Origin: Patescibacteria group bacterium
GTDB lineage: Bacteria > Patescibacteriota > Minisyncoccia > Phycocordibacterales > JACOZG01
NCBI GenBank assembly: GCA_038064935.1
Contig: JBBTRZ010000017.1
Span: 1 to 52,918 of the forward strand
Direction: 5' to 3'
Length of the DNA: 52,918 bases
A program made the position numbers and the translations under genes. Within the stretch, counting starts at the first letter, position 1, and every line of letters begins with the position of its first letter. This document shows positions 26,392 through 36,569 of this stretch, piece by piece. A model generated the notes under the pieces. That model did not search any database. It had not been told where the DNA came from and saw only the letters and a list, made by a program, of their open reading frames with translations.

Positions 26392-27525
26392 TCATTTTAT
26401 AAATCGGAATGTGGAAAGAATTTTGTTCAGAATATTAAAATTGGCGCTATCACCATAAATATAAAAGGTTAGAAGACGAGTCTTTTCTTTATTCAACGGA
26501 ATCGTGTATTCCACACTCTCGATGCTACCACTTGGCAATAAGTCACGGTCAGGACTTTTGATAACTTCATTTTCGCCGATCATCACTTTAGAAAAACCTT
26601 TTTTCTTGAGACTGGCATTATCTTGTTCACCGATCCATTTGTTTTCATCATTGTACAAAATTGCAAGCTGAATTATGTTATAACCAGTTCTAGATTCTAA
26701 TGCTTGGTTTCCTTGGTTATCAACACCATAGAAGTCTTCTCCTTCTGGATAATTGCGCAATCTAGATACGCCGTCTCTTTCTAACTCCTGAGGTGCTTCA
26801 TTCCTATATTCCGGTGGATACTTAAACTCAAACCCATATTTATCATTCCGATAAGTTTTCCAGCCTTCTACCCCCTCCGAACCTCCCCCCAAGGGGGAGG
26901 TGTAAGTTCCCTCCCCTTCGGGGAGGGCGGAGGGTGGGGTTATGTTTTTCCCCTGCCACAGCCAATAGCCGCCGATGATGAGCAGGACCGGAAGAATAAT
27001 TAAAAAGATGCCGGATTTTGATTTAGGTGTGTCAACACTCGGTGTTGACGATGGCTCGGTTGGTGGTAGTACTTGGTTTGATTCTAAGTTTTGATCGTCC
27101 ATAATTATTATCTTATCATATACTCTTGGGTTTTCTTTCAAATCTTTGTATATGTCTAAAATGAAACCTAATAATGAAATTAATAGAGCTGGCGGGTTAA
27201 CATATCCTTTGAAAAAATCAAAGTTAGCAATATCTAAGAAACCAATGATGATTAACAGAAATAGTAAAGGTCCGTGTTCTGCCCAATAAACTCTTTTTCT
27301 GTTTATTTTTATTATTTTGAAATCTAAAAAAATTGTTTTTGCTGAAAGAACTATTATTATTATGAGCAGTATTGTCGGATATTTTAATTGAAAGTGAAAA
27401 ATTCCGTAAATTAGAATTAGATAGATGAATAACCATACCAAATAAACTTTTCTTACACGTTTCATTCCTGGAAAATTCATAAAGAGATGAGTAGTGATAT
27501 GGCTCAATGCTACCACACCCCACAT
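26392..27525 (-). CDS. Hypothetical membrane protein (AT-rich gene) carrying a GC-rich in-frame insert
   Basis: 377 aa with several N-terminal TM helices and a C-terminal soluble domain. I recognise no family. The start abuts the uvrB stop. Confidence 0.65.
   Translation of the reverse strand: MWGVVALSHITTHLFMNFPGMKRVRKVYLVWLFIYLILIYGIFHFQLKYPTILLIIIIVLSAKTIFLDFKIIKINRKRVYWAEHGPLLFLLIIIGFLDIANFDFFKGYVNPPALLISLLGFILDIYKDLKENPRVYDKIIIMDDQNLESNQVLPPTEPSSTPSVDTPKSKSGIFLIILPVLLIIGGYWLWQGKNITPPSALPEGEGTYTSPLGGGSEGVEGWKTYRNDKYGFEFKYPPEYRNEAPQELERDGVSRLRNYPEGEDFYGVDNQGNQALESRTGYNIIQLAILYNDENKWIGEQDNASLKKKGFSKVMIGENEVIKSPDRDLLPSGSIESVEYTIPLNKEKTRLLTFYIYGDSANFNILNKILSTFRFIK
26870..26940. repeat. 71-nt GC-rich three-hairpin element, copy 1 (inside a CDS, in frame)
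   Basis: Plus strand: ACCCCCTCCG AA CCTCCCCC-CAA-GGGGGAGG TGTAAGTT CCCTCCCC-TTC-GGGGAGGG CGGAGGGTGGGGT. This gives two perfect 8-bp hairpins enclosed by an outer stem. It aligns to the reverse complement of 28255-28325. Confidence 0.75.
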
Positions 27526-29628
<2,103 letters not shown>

Positions 29629-29662
29629 ATCGTTCCACTCTAACTGTTTGACCAAACTTTTT

Positions 29663-29709
29663 CAAACAAAAAAGGGGCCCCATGTTGGAACAAGCAACAC
29701 AGGGACCCC
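29663..29709 (-). terminator. Intrinsic terminator-like hairpin plus U-tract immediately upstream of uvrB
   Basis: Minus-strand RNA: GGGGUCCC UG UGUUG CUUGUUC CAACA U GGGGCCCC followed by UUUUUUGUUUG. Confidence 0.55.
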
Positions 29710-29750
29710 AAGCTGGCACGGAGGTCACCGAGCCCAGCGAGTGGAAGATC

Positions 29751-29822
29751 AAAAACAAAAAAGACCAAAGGGGCTGGCGGATGCCCGAACACCGTCCAAC
29801 AAGAAACCGCACCCGCCAGCCC
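29751..29822 (-). terminator. Intrinsic terminator-like hairpin plus U-tract downstream of tgt
   Basis: Minus-strand RNA: GGGCUGGCGG, a 32-nt loop, CCGCCAGCCC, followed by CUUUGGUCUUUUUUGUUUUU. Confidence 0.55.
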
Positions 29823-29878
29823 TAGGATGAAGGCAATCACTCAACCACAAGGCAAGGTAGCAAATCAATCTTAGCTCG

Positions 29879-31186
29879 TCAAGTTGATTGAGTGGATAAA
29901 TATCGGAGTAGAAATTGGTGACGAAAGGACTCGAAATTGTCTTGGAGAATTGACTCCCGAATCTGATGGAAAAATGAATTAAAGAAATAGAGATTATGAA
30001 TCGAGGCCAAAGTGGTTGAGAGCATTTCCTTTGATCGAAAGAGGTGACTCAAGTAAGCGCGGGAATAATTTAAACAAGTTAAGCAGTCACAATCAGCTTC
30101 AATCGGCTCAAAGTCAGTGGTAAATTTACTCGATGCTAAATTAAGTCGGCCACTCTTAGTCTCCACTGTCCCATGCCGACCCAACCGCGTGGGCGTGACG
30201 CAATCGAAACTGTCTACCCCAGCCGCGACCCCGGCCAAAATATCTTCCACCTCTCCAATCCCGAGCAAGTGTCGCGGACGATCGAGTGGCAAAAGTCTGT
30301 TCACGAGTCCAACCGAGCTGCCGATATCTTCTTTGCTAAAAGAACCACCGATTGCAAAACCGTCAACACCGAGCGTTGACATAAACCGCGCGCTCGACTC
30401 GCGCAAATCGAGGAAACGGCCACCTTGGATAATGCCAAAAAGAGCTTGACCAGCCGGCCCCAAGGACTCACCTTGGGGATAATTCTTAAGGTGAGTCCTT
30501 GGGGTTAATCGCTCATGTTCGGCCACACTTCGCTTCGCCCACTCGTGCGTGCGCTCAAGCGCCGTCGCTTGATAAGCGTAAGGCGCTTGCGGCGTCGTAC
30601 ATTCATCGAAGGCCAAAATAATGTCGGCGCCTAAATCGTGCTGAATCGCGATTGACGATTCCGGGGTCAAGCGATGCCGCGAGCCGTCCCGCGGCGAACG
30701 GAAGGTGACACCATCGTCGTCTATTTTTACGAACGATGACGGAGACAGGCGAGCAAAATTTTCATCGGCGTCGGAGCCCGCCCCGCTTCCGACGGGGTGG
30801 GTAAAGACGTGAAAATTTTGCTCGCCTGTCGGAGTCGGGGTTGGATCTTTGGCAACTTTAGACACCCCGCTCCCATACGCCGCGCCGAGGGAGAACACTT
30901 GAAAGCCGCCTGAATCGGTCATGATCGGTCCGGGCCAATTCATAAATTTGTGCAAGCCCCCGGCCGATTTAACGACCGCTTCACCCGGAGAGAGGTGAAG
31001 GTGGAAAGTGTTGGCAAAAATTACTTGAGTCCCCGCGGCCTGCGCTGCCTCGGGAGTGACGCCCTTAAACGCCGCCTGGGTCGCTACGGCCACGAACGCC
31101 GGGGTCTCAATTACCCCATGCGCCGTCTCAATTCTTCCCGCCCGCGCCAGTGAATTCCGACTGGTTTTCTCAACTGTAAATTTCAC
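29879..31186 (-). CDS. tgt: Queuine tRNA-ribosyltransferase
   Basis: 435 aa with TDSGGFQVFSLG, FDECT, and the zinc site CDCLTCLNYSRAYLSHL. A roughly 50-aa insertion follows SLG relative to the E. coli and Zymomonas enzymes. Confidence 0.93.
   Translation of the reverse strand: MKFTVEKTSRNSLARAGRIETAHGVIETPAFVAVATQAAFKGVTPEAAQAAGTQVIFANTFHLHLSPGEAVVKSAGGLHKFMNWPGPIMTDSGGFQVFSLGAAYGSGVSKVAKDPTPTPTGEQNFHVFTHPVGSGAGSDADENFARLSPSSFVKIDDDGVTFRSPRDGSRHRLTPESSIAIQHDLGADIILAFDECTTPQAPYAYQATALERTHEWAKRSVAEHERLTPRTHLKNYPQGESLGPAGQALFGIIQGGRFLDLRESSARFMSTLGVDGFAIGGSFSKEDIGSSVGLVNRLLPLDRPRHLLGIGEVEDILAGVAAGVDSFDCVTPTRLGRHGTVETKSGRLNLASSKFTTDFEPIEADCDCLTCLNYSRAYLSHLFRSKEMLSTTLASIHNLYFFNSFFHQIRESILQDNFESFRHQFLLRYLSTQST
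30745..30829. mobile_element. MITE-like palindromic element inside tgt (20-bp perfect terminal inverted repeats, CGGAG direct repeats on both flanks)
   Basis: ACAGGCGAGCAAAATTTTCA at 30745-30764 pairs with TGAAAATTTTGCTCGCCTGT at 30810-30829. An inner 7-bp hairpin is CGTCGGA/TCCGACG. CGGAG occurs at 30740-30744 and 30830-30834. The 85-bp element plus one 5-bp repeat makes 90 bp, or 30 codons. Confidence 0.55.
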
Positions 31187-31191
31187 TCGCC

Positions 31192-33177
31192 CTAGTATAC
31201 CGGATTACAGGCCTGGCACACGCCGAACTCTTCTAATTTATCCAGATAAGCAATGACGGTACGGACGAATTCAGCGTGACTCCAGACCAGCGGCAGAACC
31301 GAGAGCTGTTCGCCGGTCAGCGGGTTTAATTGTTCGGACAAGAGTCCCGATTGTGTGGCATAACGGGTACACCAACGAAGTTTCTCCCGCACCGGTTCGA
31401 GTTCGGCCTCGCTTCTCGCCGCCCGAATAGCGTGTTGCGCGAACCATAAAGTGGTAACGAACCAAGGATTGCCTTCGCTCCTCGCGTCCACTCGGTGATA
31501 ACCATCGTGCTGGTGACGACCTAAACCGCCAATCCCAAATTTCGCCGTTAGCGCCACTTCCGTCTCCACGATTTCTCGGACGAGCCGTGGATCGTCAACG
31601 GGCATAATCCCAAAAACGGAAAGACCGTGGGCCGTCGAAGCGTCAACGGTCATATCATAATGGAGAGTATCACCAGTCAATCGAAGCAGTTTGCAGAATC
31701 GGCCGGTTACCGGATCGTATAGATGTTCGAGAATCGCCCGACGGATGGATTCGGCCGTTTCAGCATAAATCACCTCGCTCTTCTTCTTACCCAATAAAGA
31801 CGCAAACTTGGCCGCAGCCGTAAGCGCGCCGACCACGCTCGCCGCGGTGAAAGTGACAATACCGAAGCGTTCTTCCCAGAGATCGTAGCTCGGTTTAGGG
31901 AGACCTGTCGCTTCGTCACGGTAAAGCACGAGGAAATCCGCGCTGCGTTTGATGAGAGAATTGTAAATTGATTCAATGAATTCAAGGTCTTTAGAAATTT
32001 CATAATAATTCCACAGCGCGTGAAGGATGAGCGCCGTCTCGTCTTCTTGAATGGGCAATTGAAACTTCCCGTCATGAAGCCAGGGGTGCCAGGAACTCCC
32101 GAGGGATTCGTCGGGACTATACTTGTGCATGAAATAACCATCAGTCGCAATCACCCGATCACAGAAACCGAAAAAGAGTTTGGCCACATTGGCATCCCCC
32201 GCCTCGCTCAAGGCGAGGGCGGTGATCGCCGCGTCGCGCGGCCAAACATAGCAATAAGTGTCCTTATTTTTCTGTAAGACATGCGAATTACCGGAGGCAA
32301 TAATCGCGCCATTCTTGTTCACATGCGCCCGCATAATCAAAATTGATTTCTGAAACAAACTGACGATGGCTGAATCGAGACCATGAAAACTGAAATTCTG
32401 GCGCGTCACCCAGGCATGCCAGAAATTACGCGTCGTCTCAATCAAGTGTCCCGGACCGCGTTCGAGAATATAACTATTCAATTGTTCAACTTCCGCGATT
32501 GATTCTCCGACCGCCAACCAGTAATAAACGAGCTTTTCTTCGAGCGGTTGGTATCGGGTCGAGAGGCCAATCACGGAATCAACTTGACCGTGTTCAATAT
32601 TATTCTTGGCCAAGATACCATCCTCGGCATCTTTGTGCGTCCCCTCCTTACCCTCGGCGCCAAAAATACCGGTGGAATAATCGTCGAAACCGCGGCCGTC
32701 AATCTGGGCATTAATGATAAAAGCCCGTCGGTTACGATAATGGACAATCACCTTAAGTAGCGGGTTATAATAGGCCGTATGAGCCACATGAGATTCAGAG
32801 ATCTCAAATTGTTGATTGAAAAAAAGTCCGATCGTTCGAGTCGCGTCGGGACGAGTATTTTTAATAATCACTCGACGCAAAAAAATATTTTTCTCATTAT
32901 AAACCAAATCGGTAATCAAAAGGGTCACCCCGAGGCGGAGGTTGACGGCTTTAATTTTCCCCGCGAGGACAGTCTCTTCCAGCTCGATGGTAATCTCCCA
33001 ATCATCGCCAGACAACCACGACAGCGTGCCATCAACGAAAACCCCGACTCGGTGCAGGAAATAACTCCCAACTTGATTCTCGAGACCGACATAAGGGAAA
33101 TAAAAATCACGCACCTGACCAAATTGATCGAGGTTGACAAGAATGTTGCCGTTGCCGAGGGTGAGCGCCTTAGGCAT
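31192..33177 (-). CDS. Glycoside hydrolase family 15 (glucoamylase/glucodextranase-like)
   Basis: The start is taken at MPKALTLGNGNILVNLDQFG (ATG 33177), which overlaps the upstream stop by 8 nt. It has YCYVWPRDAAITALAL and an (alpha/alpha)6-barrel-type C-terminal half. The Arg-rich 28-codon extension to 33261 is rejected. Confidence 0.85.
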   Translation of the reverse strand: MPKALTLGNGNILVNLDQFGQVRDFYFPYVGLENQVGSYFLHRVGVFVDGTLSWLSGDDWEITIELEETVLAGKIKAVNLRLGVTLLITDLVYNEKNIFLRRVIIKNTRPDATRTIGLFFNQQFEISESHVAHTAYYNPLLKVIVHYRNRRAFIINAQIDGRGFDDYSTGIFGAEGKEGTHKDAEDGILAKNNIEHGQVDSVIGLSTRYQPLEEKLVYYWLAVGESIAEVEQLNSYILERGPGHLIETTRNFWHAWVTRQNFSFHGLDSAIVSLFQKSILIMRAHVNKNGAIIASGNSHVLQKNKDTYCYVWPRDAAITALALSEAGDANVAKLFFGFCDRVIATDGYFMHKYSPDESLGSSWHPWLHDGKFQLPIQEDETALILHALWNYYEISKDLEFIESIYNSLIKRSADFLVLYRDEATGLPKPSYDLWEERFGIVTFTAASVVGALTAAAKFASLLGKKKSEVIYAETAESIRRAILEHLYDPVTGRFCKLLRLTGDTLHYDMTVDASTAHGLSVFGIMPVDDPRLVREIVETEVALTAKFGIGGLGRHQHDGYHRVDARSEGNPWFVTTLWFAQHAIRAARSEAELEPVREKLRWCTRYATQSGLLSEQLNPLTGEQLSVLPLVWSHAEFVRTVIAYLDKLEEFGVCQACNPVY

Positions 33178-33511
33178 CGTACCGCTTGAGTGAGCGCGCG
33201 ACCGCGGCCCGGGCGGCGGCCACCGTCTTCGCCGTCTCGAGCGCGCGGGCGCAAGATTCATCGCCTAAAACCGCCGCCACCCACTTGGCGAAATCGTTGC
33301 CACTCCGCTCTGTGTGATAGCGGAATTGTTCTTCGGTGATAATGGCGAGGAACTTACTCAAATCAAGCAGATGCCGAAGCGCCGGACCATTATTCACCCA
33401 GAACGATGCCCCAGCGGGGGCCAAGGGAAGCGGCGGCAGTTTGCGCTTCCGCGGCGCCGGCGACTTCACTGGCTTCACCACCGATTTAACCGTTGATCGT
33501 TTTTTCAACAT
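33170..33511 (-). CDS. Hypothetical protein with a basic N-terminal tail, embedded in the glucan cluster
   Basis: 113 aa: a Lys/Pro-rich N-terminus, then FWVNNGPALRHLLDLSKFLAIITEEQFRYHTERSGNDFAKWV. It is translationally coupled to the GH15 gene. I cannot assign a family with confidence. Confidence 0.6.
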   Translation of the reverse strand: MLKKRSTVKSVVKPVKSPAPRKRKLPPLPLAPAGASFWVNNGPALRHLLDLSKFLAIITEEQFRYHTERSGNDFAKWVAAVLGDESCARALETAKTVAAARAAVARSLKRYDA

Positions 33512-33518
33512 AACTACT

Positions 33519-34760
33519 TTATTCTACTAAAAGAGCGCCCGGGTGTGAAGTGGAAATGGCGAGGTTATCCACTCCGAGGCGCAAACGGAGATCGGTTGTC
33601 GCATTGATGAAGGCGATGAAGGCCTCGTACGGCGAACGATAGGGATTGAAGTAAGCATGGACATCGCCGTCGGCGAACCACTTGGTGCACATATAATAGA
33701 AGTGGTCGGAGGTCGTGAGCCGGCGCCAAGTCTCCAGCAGGTCATCGTCGCCCGCGGCTAAAACAAACGGTTCGAGATCGTAGACGGCGCGCAAAGCACT
33801 CGTCTGAAGATCATTGCCGGTCCAAGCCGAGAGATCGCGCTCGGTGTCGGCCCAAGTCACCACTTCCGGCACATTCACTTCGTCGCGAACCGGATAATTG
33901 CGCGCCGCTTCTTCGACCGTTACGAAACTATTATCTGGATGGGCAAGAATTTCCCCGGGTAAATGACGAAGAAAATTGAAAATGCCGGTATCTGCCCATT
34001 GATGCTCGCCAAAGGTTTCGTAATCCATAAAGAGATTGATGAGATCGCCGGTGCCATTCGCGGCGGAAACCCACCGGCTAAATTTGGGAGCCGTGAGCGG
34101 ATATTCTGACCACGATTTCTCGGAAAAGCGAAAAGCCACATCATCTGACAGACGATAATTCTTGAGGAGGAGCTTGACGCGCTTGGTCCCCGCGGGCCAA
34201 TAGACGAAGTTGGGACTGCGCCAACCGAGAATCGAATCCCAGCCTTCGGCGAGTACCGCTTCATAACCACGGTGCTCGGCCCAACGCCCGAGATTGTTGT
34301 TGTAAGCGAGTTCGGTATTGCGGAAAACGCGGGGGGTGACGCCGAAGATCCGCTTCACCGCGGCGCGGTGCCGGGCCACTTGGCGTTCAAACTCGGCCAG
34401 AGAGTAGAAGAAAGCGAGTGAGTGGTGATGGGTCTCGGCGAGGACAGCAACGCGACCGGTATCAACCAGTCGCCGGAAGGAATCAAGCGTCGCGGGCGAA
34501 TATTCTTCAAGTTGGTCGAGGAGAATGCCGGAGAGCGAGAAGCTGACTTTGAATTCCGGATAGCGCTTTAATAATTCGAGGAACAATTCGTTCGTCGGTT
34601 GGTAACACTTCCCCGCCACCTTCCGGATAATTCGGCCGTTATTGAGATCGGTGTCGGAGTCGTCGTTAAAATATTCATGATCGTGGCCGACATCGAAGAC
34701 GCGGTAACGCTTCACCCGCCTTGGTTGATGCACTTGGAAATAAAAACAGACGGCTGGCAT
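33519..34760 (-). CDS. Glycoside hydrolase family 57 (alpha-amylase/branching-enzyme type)
   Basis: The start is taken at MPAVCFYFQVHQPRR (ATG 34760; the maximal ORF runs to 34805). It has a GH57-type N-terminal HQP motif and conserved acidic and His blocks (AETHHHS, DYETFGEH). Confidence 0.85.
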   Translation of the reverse strand: MPAVCFYFQVHQPRRVKRYRVFDVGHDHEYFNDDSDTDLNNGRIIRKVAGKCYQPTNELFLELLKRYPEFKVSFSLSGILLDQLEEYSPATLDSFRRLVDTGRVAVLAETHHHSLAFFYSLAEFERQVARHRAAVKRIFGVTPRVFRNTELAYNNNLGRWAEHRGYEAVLAEGWDSILGWRSPNFVYWPAGTKRVKLLLKNYRLSDDVAFRFSEKSWSEYPLTAPKFSRWVSAANGTGDLINLFMDYETFGEHQWADTGIFNFLRHLPGEILAHPDNSFVTVEEAARNYPVRDEVNVPEVVTWADTERDLSAWTGNDLQTSALRAVYDLEPFVLAAGDDDLLETWRRLTTSDHFYYMCTKWFADGDVHAYFNPYRSPYEAFIAFINATTDLRLRLGVDNLAISTSHPGALLVE

Positions 34761-34847
34761 GAGGAGTATCTTAACATAATTTGCCAAAGAAAAAGGGCAA
34801 TCCAATTAAGGATTGCCACAATCGTTTCAATCTTCCTGTTTTATCAT

Positions 34848-35258
34848 TTACTCCTTGACCCCAAGGGTGGAAGCGATTGTTTCCGCGCTAATCAATTCCT
34901 CTTGGACCAACCGAGCGTACTCGGCAAAGAAATCACTAATTACCCACCGGACGCCTAGCCATTGTTTAGCAACCTTTATCACAATTCCACAAGGGCAACC
35001 AACGACCACATCAGCCAGTACCCCTCCCCAAGGTAGATCCGCTACAGGAATTGTGTAATCTACTTCAAGGTACATCGAATTCTTGGTTGCTGTCCTTTTT
35101 CGAAGCTCCCCTAAAGTTAAATCATCACCTTCATAAGTTTGGTAACCACCGTTAAAGGTTGTACGCCCGCAAACACATTCTGCAAAATCGCTACCGCGAT
35201 CGCAGATCTTGGTCATGATACGATCCAACATATCATTAGTTGCTACAAAATCTGACAC
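34848..35258 (-). CDS. Hypothetical Cys-containing protein inside the glucan cluster
   Basis: A 136-aa ORF with no overlapping alternative. It contains CDRGSDFAECVCGR and VVGCPCG. I recognise no family. Confidence 0.5.
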   Translation of the reverse strand: MSDFVATNDMLDRIMTKICDRGSDFAECVCGRTTFNGGYQTYEGDDLTLGELRKRTATKNSMYLEVDYTIPVADLPWGGVLADVVVGCPCGIVIKVAKQWLGVRWVISDFFAEYARLVQEELISAETIASTLGVKE

Positions 35259-35312
35259 GATCCACCTTCCTTTCTGTTTATGATCCTACCCGAATACAAT
35301 CCAAACATCAAA

Positions 35313-36521
35313 TCATGCGGCGGCGAGAAGCGATTTATAGACCCCCAGACACTTCGCGGCGGCGGCGGTCCAGGTGACGCTGCGGACTTCCGCGACACCG
35401 TGTTGCCGAAGCGTGCGGTGGAGCGGCGGGTGGCGGAGGACGGTGATAATTTGATTAGCCAATTCTTCGGTGTCCCAGAAGTCAACTTTAAGCGCGTGAC
35501 GCAGGACCTCCGCCACGCCAGATTGATAAGAGATAATCACCGGCGTGCCGTTCATCAGTGACTCAAGCGGCGTGATACCGAATGGTTCCGAGACCGACGG
35601 CAAGACATAGAGATCGGCCGATTGGTAAAGGGCGTCGAGTTCCGCGCCGCGGACGAAACCGGTGAAGATCACGCGATCGGCAATCCCGAGCGCCGCGGCC
35701 TCCCGGAGCACTTGCCCCTCCATGTCGCCCGAGCCGGCAATGATAAAATAAACTTTCGGCTCGAGTTCAAGCACGCGTTTCGCGGCGCGAATAAAATAAT
35801 CGGGACCCTTCTGTAAAGTAATCCGGCCCACGAAAAGGACGATCTTCTCACCGGCCCGCTTCCAGGCCACGAGCCGATCCGGCAGCGGTCGATAATCGCC
35901 CGCCTCGATCCCATTGTGCACCACCGTCACCTTTTCGGCCGGAATACCATAGTGGGTGACAATCATATTTTTCGTCCACTGGCTCACGGCGACCACCGCA
36001 TCGGCCCGACTCATCCCCTCTTTTTCAATCTTATAAACTTCTTCGTTAATCCCCGTTCCGCCAGTGCGGTCAAACTCGGTGGCGTGGACATGGACGACGA
36101 GCGGCTTCCCCGACACTTGTTTGGCGGCGAGGCCGGCCGGGAAAGATAGCCAATCGTGGGCGTGAATAATGTCGAAGGTTTCAGCCGCGGCAATCGCTTT
36201 GGCGAGTAGGCCGTAACGCTTGACTTCCCCGATTAAATCGAGACCATAAATAGTTGGTAGACCGCGCCGCTCGCGAGCGTAACTCTCGCTCGTAATGTAA
36301 GGATAGAGATGGGTCGTCACGGCCCGCGGCGCTACGGCCGGCAAATCAGCAAAACACATCCGAAGCCAATCGGCGTGGGCGTTGACACGCTTAGGTAAGA
36401 CAAAAGTAATCGCCGTGTGAGCGCGCGCGAGCGCGCGGGTGAGGCCGAAACAAGCCGTCCCAAGACCACCGCTATTATGCGGCGGGAATTCCCAGCCAAA
36501 CATCAAGATTCGCACCGGCAT
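35313..36521 (-). CDS. Glycosyltransferase (GT-B fold; glycogen-synthase-like GT4/GT5)
   Basis: 402 aa with the N-terminus RILMFGWEFPPHNSGGLGTAC (KxGGL-like) and the C-terminal block LPSVSEPFGITPLESLMNGTPVI (E-x7-E type). Confidence 0.85.
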   Translation of the reverse strand: MPVRILMFGWEFPPHNSGGLGTACFGLTRALARAHTAITFVLPKRVNAHADWLRMCFADLPAVAPRAVTTHLYPYITSESYARERRGLPTIYGLDLIGEVKRYGLLAKAIAAAETFDIIHAHDWLSFPAGLAAKQVSGKPLVVHVHATEFDRTGGTGINEEVYKIEKEGMSRADAVVAVSQWTKNMIVTHYGIPAEKVTVVHNGIEAGDYRPLPDRLVAWKRAGEKIVLFVGRITLQKGPDYFIRAAKRVLELEPKVYFIIAGSGDMEGQVLREAAALGIADRVIFTGFVRGAELDALYQSADLYVLPSVSEPFGITPLESLMNGTPVIISYQSGVAEVLRHALKVDFWDTEELANQIITVLRHPPLHRTLRQHGVAEVRSVTWTAAAAKCLGVYKSLLAAA

Positions 36522-36569
36522 TGGAATTTTATTTTACCGTCACAGCCACTTCATCATACCAAATTTTTA

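Noticed and set aside
29656-29878. SRP RNA, tmRNA or another known ncRNA in the tgt-uvrB spacer (and likewise in 16916-17103)
   Set aside because: The conserved SRP domain IV sequence (GUCCGGAAGGAAGCAGC-like) and other consensus motifs I know are absent. Only generic hairpins plus U-tracts are visible.
33178-33261. The Arg-rich N-terminal extension of the GH15 ORF
   Set aside because: It overlaps the upstream 113-aa gene. The start at 33177 gives the 8-nt overlap typical of coupled genes and a normal GH15 N-terminus.
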